Assembly: GCA_051294905.1 (NCBI GenBank)
Contig: CM119372.1
Coordinates: 40,178,001-40,242,000 of the forward strand
Reading direction: 5' to 3'
DNA from: Botryllus schlosseri
Lineage: Eukaryota
Length of the DNA: 64,000 nt
This document shows positions 48,201-62,010 of the stretch, piece by piece (the stretch's first letter is position 1; the number at the start of each line of letters is the position of its first letter). The notes below the pieces were generated by a model. It ran no database searches and was not told where the DNA came from. It saw only the letters and a list, made by a program, of their open reading frames with translations. Both the position numbers and the translations under genes were made by a program.

Positions 48201-51200
48201 GGGTTAGGAATATTTTTGTATGATAATATCTACTAGCTGTTTTGTTGTGAGGGCAATCATGTGATGACTCAGCACTTTTCGTTAGCAAAGTAGATTGATC
48301 AATGTGAAAGATGGAAGGACCGTGACTAGAAAACATATGTACTTTCTTGTTGGAGTAGCTGATTTACTGCTATGGTATTGACATAACCCTCTGGAAGTGA
48401 GTATGCTTTTCTTTCACGAAAGTTTACGTGGTTCCGTTGTAATAAATTTGTGTTAACTAAACTCGGATGGATACCGCAATTGTGCTGGACTTACACATGG
48501 TATTCGCATACTGTACACATACAAACTTTTGTGTAAACAACTCTGATGTTTCTGTTAGTACTAGTTCTGTGTTGATTATTAAGATACATGAACACCCGTT
48601 CAGACAATAAAGTTCTTGTGATATCGAAACAGTTTGAAAGCACCACCAATCATTGTACAGGTTTGTAGCATGGGAATATTTTCATGTGTCGTGAATATCT
48701 TTCGTATACACTTAGTATGAAATGAGATGTGTGGAACAATAATTAGTGTCGTACAAAGTGTTGTGTTTGATTGCCTACTTTTTATCAATGTCTTTGTGAT
48801 GTTAAAAGACGGCTGAGTTTTCATTTACATTAAGCGGAGAAACTCAAGTAATAAATTTTACTCGTTTGAAAATATCGATCAATGGAGTAACAGTATCAAT
48901 ATGAGTGGTATATTATTTTTCGCGATATGCAACCAATCTTCTAAGCATAACTTTTCAAAAATTCGTCATGTCATAGAGAAGTAGTCGGTTGTTATGAACT
49001 CGAAACAAATGTACTTCGATTATCACGATGATTGAAATTACGATCAACACAGTATTTCGTAAGTGAATGTGTATCGTTTGGTATGTTCAGCAGTCACTAA
49101 ATGACAAAAATAGCAAACTGATGCAACCCAGTAGTTAAACGATACAGTTACAAGTTGGATGTAATCTTGATTTACAGATGACAGCTTGATGAGTATTGTG
49201 ACGACATTTACTTTAGCGAATGATAACGGAAAAATTTTCGGTTGCATTGTCGGTGTATGTGTTAGACGAATAATTCTAGTACACCTAACTATAGGATACA
49301 TTTGGCAAACATTGTACAGATTGTTTCGTTGTGATGGTAACGACTTTCGGCGGTTTGGTTTCATGTCGGGAATTATTATTTGGGGGTTCAAAAACAATCA
49401 ATACTACAAATGAACAACAATACAAAACACGTTAAGTGAATTACAGCGTAGCAAGTACTTCCTTGATATTACGATTGTTGTGTACCAGCCATTTCTAACT
49501 GAATTGAATGCATCTAGCAAACATATTCCAATTTACTTTTGTAATGATCAAAGTATGTGAAATGGCGCGAATGGATTAGGTATTAATCAAGCGGCGGTAT
49601 GTCAATTCACCTAGTGCGATATCTTGACACCGGATAATGTGCGAAAGTGTTTCAATTCTCACTGCTGTTTACGATGATAAAGTATTGTACCGGTTATTGT
49701 TTAACAAAGGAAATTGTTGTTTCATCTTTAGTCTCGGTTAGTGGAGACAATTACATTTGTAAAATATTTTCTGATATCCGCGATACGCAGGGTGATATGT
49801 ACCAAGGTGGAATAATTTTCCATTCAAGAACATTTCAGACACGCATAGTTTTACAACTCAATATGTTAATAACAACGGTACTGAAAAGTTTGTTGCTGTC
49901 ATAATAACCTTTACAACAACAACGCCGGGTCTAATTAACGCGAATAATTTAATAATCAAGTCATGATAGACCATTACAAAATCTCATATGTTAAATCGAT
50001 GTGACAATCCTTATGTTTACATCACGATAATTTTCGATATAACACCTGCGTTCGATTGTAAGAAACTACGATGGCCATACTTTCAAATGTCGTATACTCA
50101 AATATATTATGTTAATCTCAAGTCGCCGACACCGAGAAGTAATTACTTTTGTCTTACAAAATATACCGCATAGTAATTTCTTGGTCTTGCGGCATAGTAA
50201 CGACTTTTACAGTTGAACAAAAAAGACGAGTTGGTGGCATATGCCTAAAACCGAACTTGCTATGTTTGTGGGTTGTAGTGATTACTTGCGTAGTCTTGTC
50301 TACTTTTCGTATGGACACTTTTTGCTTTGGTTCGGTGAGTTACAAACGGATTGACTTGACAAGGTTTTTGTATTTTACTCTTTTGTTGATGGCAAGATGT
50401 TAAAATGTTGAGATGTCATAGTGATAATATTTCTGAAACTCTCTTTGACAAACGTAAAGACAGGTCGCGAATAGAGTTGTAATGTTTCATTACTTGTTTC
50501 GAATCAATGTGCGTATAATCTCTAAATATGACCGGGTTGAAAGTTGTTACTCATGTTTGTCAATCCTATTTCAATTCACACTATGTCAAAGTCAAAATAT
50601 TTCATTCTGGATTATCTGAATTTACCTTTAGTACACCTCGCGAGTGGATTCCGACGTCGTGCTATAATACTCTTAATAATACAGGTTCAAGGATTTTCAA
50701 TCAACAATACTGGAATTTTTTTGATAATGTTAGAGCTGGCGAATGATTAGTTGTGTGTTTTTGTTAAGAGTTTAAATTCATGTTTATAAAGATAATAACT
50801 GTATAATGCACATACTTGTGACTCTTGATTCTTGTTTAGTTAGTTGGTATTGATTCTATAGGTGTGAAAACAGCAGCGTGGAATGTGTGAATAATTCGAT
50901 GCGACTGAAGTTGGAGTCAGCAATATTCAAGTTACGTTCGAATCAACTGATCGCGGTAAATGGATTTCTCAAAGGATTAGAGTTGTACCGGATCAACACA
51001 TTCAAATATGAATCAACTTGGTTTGTGTAGTGAGTTTCATTTCAAGTTGACAAATTGACACATTGATTGAATATTCTCATGATTCGCATCACGCAACCAA
51101 AGTCAACGTGAAACATATAGCGATCGCGAAAAGTATCAAATCTTGGACATTCAAGTCACCGTCTGCGACGGTTCTGTTATTCGGTGCTTATTACTTAATA

Positions 51201-52305
51201 GGTAATATTCTTATTGTATCAGACTCGTGAAATCCAGTTCTGCACCAAACTACCAACATATTACATTGTAGCGATTGCGATGTATGTAACCACAAGTCAC
51301 GAGAGATGGTTATGTCTTATAGGTGTTATCTTGTGAGCGATCGTAGGATTTTAGAATTATGTCGCACTTTTTTGAATAAGCGTACACTTCACAAAGGATT
51401 AGGGTTAGAGTAGAAATAAGTGACAATTTGTCGCTATTCAAGTTACCGACACTGGCGGTCTGTTATTCGTTACTTATTAAATCTTTACGAGTGAAATCAA
51501 GTTCTGTGACAAACTGCTTACGAGAATTTCACCGCGTGAGCGATCGATATGCCTGTAACATCAAGTCGCGTATGTCTGAGACATTATCTTGTCAGCGATC
51601 GCCGGGTTTGCAAACTATTTCACACCTATTTGGAGTGTTAATATGTGAACGCGGCTATTGTTGGTATTGGAATCGCCGTCTACGCCGGCTCCGTGGTAAA
51701 CTAATTACCAAGCGACTGATTCCTAGATTTAGCAAACTATTTCACACCCTTTTTGTTGAAAGTATGACATGCCGCTAGCATTCTATCAACGAAAGTACGA
51801 ATCATCGCCGCGCCCATAAGAATAACGATATATCGAAGTCGCACTCACCGTAAACGCTAGGATCAACTCGGACCGGTCATATATAATAATTTGGGATATA
51901 CACATTAACTAAGGAGCAATCACGTGACTATTTACCATACCCGATACATATTCAACACCGTGCCGCCGCCGCCTATACCCGAAAGTACGATATGCCGACG
52001 CACCCATAAGAACACATGGCGAATCACCACCACTGCCTATACGCGAAATACGACATGCGAAAGTACGACGTGCGACAGATGCCTATACCTAAAAGTACGA
52101 TGTGCCAACACGAGTTTTCAATACGATATGCGACAGATGCCTATACCTGAAAGTACGATGTGCGAGCGCACCCATAAGAACGCATTACGATGTGCGACCG
52201 AGAGGGGGGTCAAAAAGTACGATGTGCCACCACGAGTTTTCCATACGATGTGCGACCGCACCCATAAGAGCCCATAGCCCGTCACGACCGATCATACTAA
52301 CTACT
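39223..52305. mobile_element. Non-autonomous Polinton/Maverick-type element forming a 13,083-bp palindrome (arms 39223-45277 and 46251-52305; spacer 45278-46250)
   Basis: Termini AGTAGTTAGT.../...ACTAACTACT and a perfect 6-bp TSD ACCATT (39217-39222/52306-52311). All mirrored ORF coordinates sum to 91528. Confidence 0.85.
44010..44545 (+). repeat. Degenerate ~43-bp minisatellite in the left arm (mirrored at ~46985-47520)
   Basis: ttttcacttggaaatat..ttttcc.tgag(c/t)aaca.acca units, about 12 copies. Confidence 0.85.
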
Positions 52306-54958
52306 ACCATTGCCTATCAAGGTCCTCTAATATGGAACTCCATTCCTCGCATATTAGGAGCAATTCTTTATATGTATTTAAAACCATGTATCGTGCCTTC
52401 CTTAATGAGTCATACAAAAGCTAAAATGTATTTTCAGTGGTAACTAGTACCGGTCAACATATCTTGTTTGCTTCAGACCAGTACACTTTATATTCTTTTC
52501 CTCCGTTTTTCCTAACATGTGCTCTTACATTTATTCTGTCAATCTTACAATTCACTGTTGCAGTACGATGTATGCAATTTATAGCCAATCTACTTCGATC
52601 AGCTGCAGCAGACTCGATGATCAACAGATCACTTCGCTGCAGCTTCATCTTGCAACCGTAAAACATAATGGCCAATCCTATGAACTGTAAATCGTATTCG
52701 TACACATCTCATTTACTTTGAAATTGACACTGTAACCATTTTTTTGTATGTGTCCAGTTTATGCTACTTTGTTGTCTGTTTTGTTATTTTGCGATGATGA
52801 ATAAAAAAAATTCTCTCTCTCTCTCTACACCTGTTTGCAGAAAGTCAAACAGCTCTAGGCGTCATATACTACAGGCAATTCGAAATACCCCATAAGCTAT
52901 ATGCTACTGCGTATATACCTTTAACCCGCTACCTCAGTCAGTCACAATTCCTATATATTTACGGCATTTACCATACAGAAAGAGCGAACTATGCCTGGCT
53001 GCGACCTGTTGCGCGTCAAATCTTTGTCCGGCGCGATGACGTAAAATTTGAATCGCCGAAATATTCTAGAAGTCACGCATCGATAATCATATTCCTAAAC
53101 GTACAACATCTCACTTATTTAGTTATTCTCTGAATAAAACTATTAGCCATACTCGTTGAACATGCGAGATTACCGAAAGAGCGAATATATATATAATGAA
53201 GATCATATATATCAGAAGAAAACAAAACTGATCGACCTTAGAGCAACAACACGAATATACAACACCGGTGACATCCTCACGCAATAAAACGAAGGGAGAA
53301 CATTGTTTTCTAATGGATAGAACGAAGCTACCGCATGAGATCGAACAAAACCGGATAGGAATTCATCGTGATTGAATGTACCGACAAAGTCATCCTTTCT
53401 ACGTATTTTAGTCATACCAGCGAGAGATAGAAAATTTGCATTATTAGGTTAACTACCGGATATAACGAAGCCTAATGCATGAGATGGAACAACACCGAGT
53501 ATGAATTTATTCTGATTGAATATAACCACAATACCATCCTACTACGTATTTTAGACATTCCCTCGACACTTAGAAAATCAGAACCTAATCGAGATGATCC
53601 CGGATGATCCTTTTACGGTTTTGTGTTTGCTGGGAATAGATGCATGGGTCCTACCCTGAATATATTCAGATGTAGCTAGAATTGCCTAATTCACACTGAA
53701 ATTGAGGCTATGTTGGTTACAGCAATCTGTGCACTGTGGGAGTTCATAATAAATATTTATTTTATCGGATCAATACGGCACAAGATACAATCTAGATGAC
53801 GTACGTGTATTTGATCATAATTACACCTATAGCTACCCATATATGTGTGTACATGAAGCTTGGCTCGTTTTGCACTTTCATGAAACCAGAAATAAGATTA
53901 GATTCAAAACTGACTGGACACGTGAACATTTCACACGCAGTTTTTCTGCCTACGATACTTGCCTACCCTACTAGATGAAGCACTCCAACCTGGCTTTAGA
54001 TCAACCATTTCTGTGATCACACGAAATAACGGGTTGTGCTGCCTCGTACCAAAATACTGAACTTTCCTTTACAGAAACAACAGCTTTAGTTATAAGAAAC
54101 GCAAGGTTTTGAATGATTGAATGATATTAAAATGACATGAAAAAATAAAGACAGAATTAATTAATTATTGGTAATTGACTTCACGTCGCCCTCGACGTAA
54201 TTGAGGGTGATCTGAAAATAAAAAGTGGGATAAGTTAGGGCTTAGTATCTGCGAACGAGGTATTATAAACATACCGTTTCATATTTCAGTTCCAGTGTAA
54301 TTGAATTAACACATTTACTCCCGTCCTACGGCTACGGCGGTGCCGACGACGTGTGTGTCGTAGATGGGGGTTTGGCGAGTTCACACTGTTCACGATGTAT
54401 GAATTAAAATTCGAGAAATTTTTGACTCAACACATTGATCGACATACCTTGGAGTTGCGTCGACCTCCCTCCCTTCTTTGTTTTCTTTCGGTAGGGGAGG
54501 GAGGTCATAGACGATCGGAGTCCTGAACAATATAGATAATTGTTTGTAAAATGATAATGACATTGGCGTCATATTCATTGGGATACCTTTTGACCGTTGC
54601 ATCTTCCGGTGCTGGTTCTTCCACAGCCAAATCAATTTGATCTTTTTCAACCTCTTCAAAAATGAAGGATATCTTATCCATAATTATTTACTGAAGCTTA
54701 TTATCTGTAAAGATACCAAAAACGGTTAGTACAGAATTACAATAACGAAAATTCTACGGCATACGAAGAAAGTGGCCTCACCTCATTCAGTGGGTTAGCC
54801 GGTGTCTTCCGTGGGTTTGAAGTACGAGTTGGGTATGTAAACATTCTTTCTGGCGACGCAGGATTGGCTTTACAGCTTAACGATGGTCGATTCCAGAACC
54901 TTTGAATGAAAAAGAAAAGAGAACAGCCACGAGCAAGTATGGAATATAGCGATAGTTA

Positions 54959-56851
54959 CTATGTGTGTACTAATGCATCTTTAGCAAGAGGCAAAGAATC
55001 ATCATCCTCACAGTCAGTACTCATGTCTACATATCCTCGGTATCGTTTTCCATCCCAAAAAACCTGTTTGCGGATCGACATTTCATCCATCATTATGGAG
55101 CATATTACAGGATTTGCTGATGCCTCTACTTTTCCTCTGATAGCAGAAAAGGCAATACCAGTAAAGCCAGGCTCAGCGGGAAGTTTTCCATACCAGTGTC
55201 TTATCACACTTGGATGGGGAAGAGCAAGTTGAAAATTCTGACGCACAAAATCGTATGCCTTAGCGGAATAATACTGAGGCGTCATTGCAAATGATTGCAG
55301 TTCCTGAGAATATTTGACTCCTCTTTCACCAGCTTGTAGCTTCATACGTTGCAAGAGCTCACTTGGTAGACTACTGAATTTTTGTGACATTACCTCTACA
55401 CACGAATCGCTTATCAAATTGTTCTTCTTAAGAGATGCAATGACCTCATCCAGAGTCTTCACTTTTTTTGCAGACGGTATGTTCTCATTCTGGCTGCATG
55501 CAACCTCTTTTCAATATCTGCCATCCTACGGCGTTGCTGTTGAACGACTTTTCGAGGAGACGTATGCGCACAGTAGCTGTGGTCTTGAAGAACTACTTCA
55601 GGTTCAGCGGATTGTGCTTCATAATGCCGTTTCTTATCTGGAACTGCAGAAGGTCTCACTCGTCGGGTGTTCGAAGCCTGAAATTTGCGAATTTTACGTT
55701 AACTAGGGCTAAAATAAAGGTATAGTAATTAGAACTCAAACTTTATAAATATATAGTCACTGTCTAGTGTTTACCGTACCTTTGTCCTCATATATTTTGA
55801 AAAATTCAGAAATCTTGTCGGCACCGCCGTCCTTAAACCAATTCTCCCGTCAACACGTTTAATATCACTTTCTGAAAAATGATCAGGGCAAATGACCGAG
55901 TATCTTGCTGGCACCCAGTCTTTTCTTCTAATACATTCTATCCATCTTTCTTTCAGGGAATCATTGGTAGGAAAGCCCCGTTGTACAGAACATTGTATCA
56001 GTTCACAAGTAATTCTATGATACAAAGCACACCAAATTGACCATTCTTTGTTATGAACGACGATTAAAGTAGCAGGAACATATGTGAAATTATCTTGTTC
56101 GATTTAAAATATCTGTTACTTTCTACCCCAGAAGGATAGACTATTAGGTAACCTTTTAAATCTAAAGCCAAAGGTGATCCTAAAAACATCTTACGAGACA
56201 AATCGAACGTCTCGCACGCACGAAGCTATAATGAACTCGACCACGGAGTTAGCAATTTGAACTGTAGTGTGGGCATCTGGCACCAGAAATCAACTATGCT
56301 GGGCAAAACCGTGTGGCCGTTAATTATACCTTTCCTTCTAGTCCTACCTCCAACCTTCACGACAATTTTAAGCAAGGATTGAGTACTAAGCTAGTTATTG
56401 GCTGAACTGCCCATACAGAATACAAACAGTGACCTGGTCATGCTATTACAGGTATACTGATGAACTGACATGTTGCTGGGACTGATGATATAGTCTGCTC
56501 TGATCATACCAACATCCATATACTTGTGACAAAATGTTCTGGTATAATGACACTTTAACATGGGCCTATTCATTATTGCTGTGGCTTATCTGGACATTGA
56601 TTGACTGTGATGGTCAGGAGATATTAAAAATAGAAACAGATTCTTCAAATATAGTCTTGCTGCCCTGCTTATTCTGCCATTCACTCACCGGTGAAATGTT
56701 CTTGGATGCCGACGCTTTACCAAAGACTCTTCATCGCTACTACCATCGCTATAACTTCTCATATATATGACTCCGTGGATATCTTTTTCTGCCTTTTACT
56801 GCACTCATAGACGCAACAATCACTACCATCAAAACGAGATGTCTTCGTCAT
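54959..56851 (-). pseudogene. THAP9/P-type transposase pseudogene of copy B
   Basis: Same exon layout as copy A, but the exon-2 acceptor AG is lost (caacggggctttcc). There is a frameshift near 55462, and the sequence is truncated after PLAKDALV. Confidence 0.85.
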
Positions 56852-57719
56852 GTCGAAATACACAGATAACACAGATATAAACACGAGATATTGGGCTGAA
56901 ACAAATCCTGAATGTTACGATGATTATTCATTCAAAGCTCCATTCGTATAAAATACTACAAACCCATTACGAATCAAATATATTTTAACACTGGACGTTT
57001 TTCCATAAGCGCCTGTACTAAATCGTCCAGCCTACTACCCATAATGCATCTGTAAGATGGTGACCACACAATGGACGATTTTCATTTTTGCTTTCGGGCG
57101 CCGCCATCTTGGCCTATGGTTGGCCAGAGCTGAATCGAGCTTCATAGGCGAAGGTGGCTGTTTTGGAGTAGGTTACGTTATTTAACGCCGTGCGTTTTCG
57201 CTTTATGGTGGTTCCGCGTTTTGGTGCAAATTAAGTATTGATAAAATACTCATCAATACTATGCAATGTTTTTGAGCGAAAAACCGAGCTGGTTTACAGT
57301 CGTTTTACAAAGCTTTCTTGTACCGGTGTGTGACAACTTTTCACTCACAAAAGTCGGGGAACAAGTAAGGCCCTGTGGATATGCAGCTGTATCACAGCTG
57401 TTTCAGTTGTATCACCCAAGTATCAGGTGTATCACTCAGGTATTAGCTGTATCACAGCCAATGCGGCAATGACTCTAGTCATGATTTTCTGATGACTCGA
57501 CTCGACTCGACAGCTGTATATCCACAGGACCAACAAGTAATACCAGATAGACTTTGAGGCCATAGCATAACCCTATCTGTGAAATAATTGGTCATAACGC
57601 ATATAAAGTGATGAATTTATTCGACTAATAATCTTTATGTTTTATCTGTACAGGTTGATTTGCAAAGTACCGTTAAAAAAATCTATAGCCTATTTTATAT
57701 AGCTTATAGGAAATCGGAT

Positions 57720-57857
57720 ATGAATGCAGATAAGGGACCGCGGACTGTGAAAGGAAGATCCCATTTGCACTGTTGCGTTCGAAAATGCAACAATGACTCA
57801 AGAATGACGATGAATTTATCTTTTCACAGGTTTCCTGTTAAAGAAGAAACAAGGTAA
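57720..57857 (+). pseudogene. THAP-domain N-terminus of the ISL2EU-type transposase
   Basis: HCCVRKCNNDSR..LSFHRFP. No DDE domain was recognised downstream. Confidence 0.7.
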
Positions 57858-58159
57858 AATGGGTATTGCTAATCAGTTGGTGTGTGGCATGTCTTCTCAC
57901 TAACTTCAGGGGCCCGTTGTTTTGAATATTCCTACCATGTAACTTTTCGCCATTACTTTCATGTAGTTTCTAAGGAATCTGGAACTAGGTCCTTTGTTGT
58001 TCCTAATATGCTATTATAGTTTTCTGATTGACGTTCTATCTGCGCTGCTCTGTCTGCACTGCCAATCGTCTCTCTCTTCGCAGCTAGCGATCGCAAGGTC
58101 TGAACGAAACGTTATTACAAGGTTCAATGACGATGCGTATATTCACAAATCCTCTAGCA

Positions 58160-60765
58160 CAGTGGTTCTCAACCTTTTTGACCTCGCGGACCGGTAAAAT
58201 TTCGAAAAATATTGGGCGGACCGGTGGACTTTCAAAAATTGAAATCAGCCCAATGTAAAGTATACAATCATTTTATTGCAAGTATATAGTGCTAGAGAGT
58301 GAAATTTGGAGGGTTTTGACCGTAAATAATTATGTTCACGAGGTAAAATTGCCTTGCCCAGATAAACGTGCTACCGCCGAGAGTCGTTTACAGTCTTTCT
58401 CGCCGAAGGCCGTGGATTTAATCGACCACGCTAACTAGAATAATATTAATCTATTCGACAATATCGAGAGAAGAAGTGTTCCGGAGACGAACCAAGTATC
58501 TTGTCATGCTACCTTGCTTATTGCCCACTGCCACACACAGACGTAGGCTAGCTGCTCTGGCTACTCGCTACCAGTGTTGGGATCAAGTCACTACCTTCGA
58601 GTCACAAGTCATCTCGAGTCATTGCCCATTTTGACTCGAGTCAAGTCAAGTCAAGTCACTTGATTTTCAAAAGTGACTCGAGTCAAGTCAAGTCACTCGA
58701 CTTTTGGTGGTGACTCGAGTCAAGTCAGTAATCAAGTCAAGTTGAATTCTTAAAGTCCGAGACATGATTCAAAGTCATTGCATTTTGCTAACTGTTTCAA
58801 ATACAGATGAAGTTTCCATCTATTCGTGATCGAGGAACGAATAAAGAATTGATTATACGCGCAAAAGGGCGCTGTATCGCTCACGCATACGTAGAACTGA
58901 TTAACTACTCAAGCGGTATAGCCTCAGTCTATAATAATTATCAGTCAAAATGCAGGATAACACACGAAGCCTAAAGAAAGTTAAAAAAGTGATATGGTGC
59001 AATACCCTTCCCACCTACATGTCCATGATATACAATTATAACAATATTCGTTCGATTTAAATCACACAAGTAGGTTATAAAGGTGAGGCTAAGGTGAGCA
59101 AAGTTTACGACAACGTAAGCTGTTAGCTATCGTCACTGCGTTTGCGATCAATTTAGTTGTGATATAACAATGGAGGCTTGGTAAAATCAAATCATTGAAA
59201 AAATCATTGAGTGATTGGTTAGCAATACGAACTTATACAGGATACAGCGATTTAGTCGACATCGATTACTTATGACTTGAAATTGACTCGTAAATTTGGC
59301 TTCGAGTCACGAGTCAATCGGCATTTCTGAAGCGTCGAGTCAAGTCAAGTCAAGTCATTTTCGCAAAGTGACTCGAGTCAAGTCAAGTCATACGAAAAAG
59401 GTGACTCGAGTCACGTCATGACTCGAGTCATCCTAACACTGCTCGCTACTACAAATAGAGCCCGTCGCACGAAAACACCCGACAACAGCCATCCACAAAA
59501 TCAGGGCCAGAAAAGCACTTCTTCAGCCCACCCCTAAAGAAACACTGGTCTTGGGTCATCCACATGGTGATAAACCAAACTTCTGGGGATTTCTCCGCCA
59601 ATACCCCACAGTTTGATGGACTTGTGGACACCAGGACTTGTGAGAAGTGAGCACATTCATTCTGCTCAGTGTATCCAGAGAGTTAATGTAACCTAAACGC
59701 GCCAAGCTCGAAAATTTTCGATATTTTGTGACTGCATATTTATTGCTATAAATTTTTTATCCTATCATAATTATCAGATTTTCCGGTGGAGCTGAGTGAG
59801 GTGTCGTCTTGAAAATTTAAACGTAAATAATAGTTAAACATATTCAGGTGGGCCTGTTGGAATAATTTACTCGGTTACATGTCAATATTTCGTGACCAAC
59901 TGTCTCTCATATAGTGAACGAATATTGAAATCGCCCCAGCGTATTAAACTAAAAGACGCATACAATTCCAAATTGCTATTTCTTCACTCGTAAATAATTT
60001 GTCCTGTGGGGTACAGATTGTCAGAACAGCGAGATTCGGCGGCAGCTATTAGGCGCTCATGAACAATTAGACATATAGGTATCGAAGATTTCGGTCACCA
60101 AAGTGCTGTCGTTTTCGGCCAAGGTTTTCTCGCTGACGAATGTTTTGACACACTTTTCGGAGCCCCGTGTTAGCCTAAACTTAATTATGTGTTGGTGCGT
60201 TGTGGCGCAGTAATGACTGACGCTGAAATGCCTATTTCTATAAATCACGCGTATTACTTGATGGAATGGCACCTAATAAGCAAGACATTTATAGTGATGC
60301 ACAATCGCGCAAGGCTCGGAAAAATGTGAAAAAGGTTGAATAAAATAAAATAAAATACACTCAATAATTTATGTTCATTCACGAAATAATTTTGGGCTCG
60401 GCCCCGTTCCAATTGCGGGGTTTGGGATGTGGCAGATACGGTCCCGCGCAAAATGAATTAATCGAAAACGAATGATCGCGTAAACCATGCTGTTTAGTGA
60501 GTCAGTTTGTACTTGTCGCTCGCATGTCGTCAAATGACACGGCTGTAACTTCAAGTCAAATCGAACATGTTTCTAGGCCTAATGTTACCTCACGAAGTTC
60601 TGAATCTGTATAAAATTTAATGTTATATTTATTTTATCAATGGCAATCCTTCAACATATTGCATTTCGAAATTAGGGTATATTAAATTGTAATTCACCTC
60701 GCGGACCGGCAGTAACGTCGTCGCGGACCGGCACCGGTCCGCGGACCGGCGGTTGAGAACCACTG
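58160..60765 (+). mobile_element. hAT-Charlie-type non-autonomous element (complete copy)
   Basis: CAGTGGTTCTCAAC TIRs, GCGGACCGG subterminal motifs and a perfect TSD CTCTAGCA (58152-58159/60766-60773). Confidence 0.92.
58572..59441. mobile_element. hAT MITE with TCAAG/GACTCGAGTC repeats, nested in 58160-60765
   Basis: CAGTGTT(G/A)GGAT TIRs and a perfect TSD CTCGCTAC (58564-58571/59442-59449). Confidence 0.9.
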
Positions 60766-61299
60766 CTCTAGCACACGGAAGGGAGGATACACACAAGTCT
60801 TGAGGCATGGTTGACTGCTATTCTATCATAGCATGCAATCCTTTCATTTCCCATCTGTTCAATAAATGATCAACTTTTGACAGTTCTGTGCGTTATTTAT
60901 ATTGACGAATTAGGCACGTAGACAATGACGTAGCCAGTTATGCAGAGCTATCCGGGGCACAACTGGAAGTGGGGGGTTTGGTGCATGAGAACACCATGGA
61001 GACCGAAGTATAAACCCGGTTAAAATGAAAGATCTCCGGGTCGCCATGACCCTTTCATATCCAGCAAATGGGTTGGGTGCCACTGACAGTTTTAGGCAGT
61101 TCGTCATCAGATCTTGAAATAATGTCCATCGTTTCATGGTCCACGGCGTTGTGGTTGGTTAATATGGCACATCTGCACATGGAAAATAAGAATATGCGGC
61201 AGTATTTTGCACTCGTATTTGAAGCTTCGTATAATTCGTTATTATTTGTGAACAATTTCACTGCTTATACTTAGCTCTACAAGTTATTGCTTTACCAAT

Positions 61300-62010
61300 A
61301 TCACGCATTGACGGCAGCGAGAGGCAAAATAAATTTGAAATAAAATATTTCAAGTTTGGAGAATATTTCTTTGAACACAATCTCATCAGCATAAATTCGG
61401 TTTATGTAGACCTTTTTAGAAGGTGTGTAGACCACGAAATCACACCATGACAGTCCTGTTAAAGCTAGTTGGCCCATGACCTGATAAAAGTAATTGCCAT
61501 TCTCTTTGATAAAATAGTCTATTGATTGTCAATTTCAAATTGTCAAGAGGGCTGTTTCTCGACATGGTATGATAGCTCTTCGCCTGCACGTAGAAAATTG
61601 CAGTGTCGTGACATGCTGAAAATACAACTGCCTAAAAATTTTGATTCAACATTATATAACATCACACTGTCTGCAAAGTGCTGTACATCGCTCAACACTG
61701 TGCAGATACCGAGATGATCAAACTCATTACTGATGCTACTTGCGAAGTCATTACTACTAGTTCTCAAATAAAAAATACGGAAAGGCAGGTGAGAGCCAAC
61801 GACTGAACTGCATGATAATATCTACCAACGACCTATGATGGTGTAAATTTCTACATACCTCTAAAATCTGTTATATAAGCTCAGCGAATAATTTATATCC
61901 TTTATCTTTGTTATTTCCACTGACCCTCGATTCACTGGCAATCCTGTCTACGTCAGCAAAACTGAACGTGGGTAAACCCATCATCAACTTAGAATATACT
62001 AGTTCCATAC
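61300..62010 (-). pseudogene. YqaJ/lambda-exonuclease-like gene remnant of the ISL2EU-type element
   Basis: The - strand at ~61520-61370 reads YFIKENGNYFYQVMGQLALTGLSWCDFVVYT, the YqaJ C-terminal motif. A putative N-terminal exon LPTFSFADV..KGYKLFAE lies near 61880-62008. Confidence 0.72.

Larger units (their letters stand above)
38995..52826 (+). mobile_element. 5'-truncated CR1/L2-group LINE split by the palindromic element
   Basis: Left part reads DHVNPLYYNLKILKIDDIYRFEVGILMHKF...HSHFTR..LYLPKAHHKTI and resumes in frame at 52312 as AYQGPLIWNSIP. The 3' end has AATAAA plus (CT)n at ~52800-52826. Confidence 0.85.
28473..53634. mobile_element. CACTA/EnSpm (CMC)-type element, 25.2 kb including nested insertions
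   Basis: Termini CCCAGTAAACACA / TGTGTTTGCTGGG with a 2-bp AA TSD. It interrupts P copy B exactly where copy A reads gagagaaacaagaaatgcatgggtcc (~24345-24370). Subterminal repeats at ~53320-53560. No transposase recognised. Confidence 0.8.

Noticed and set aside
39223..52305. Palindrome as a pure assembly or read fold-back artefact
   Set aside because: Considered unlikely: a 6-bp TSD, in-frame LINE continuation on the far side, a unique 973-bp spacer and arm mismatches. Read-level confirmation is still needed.
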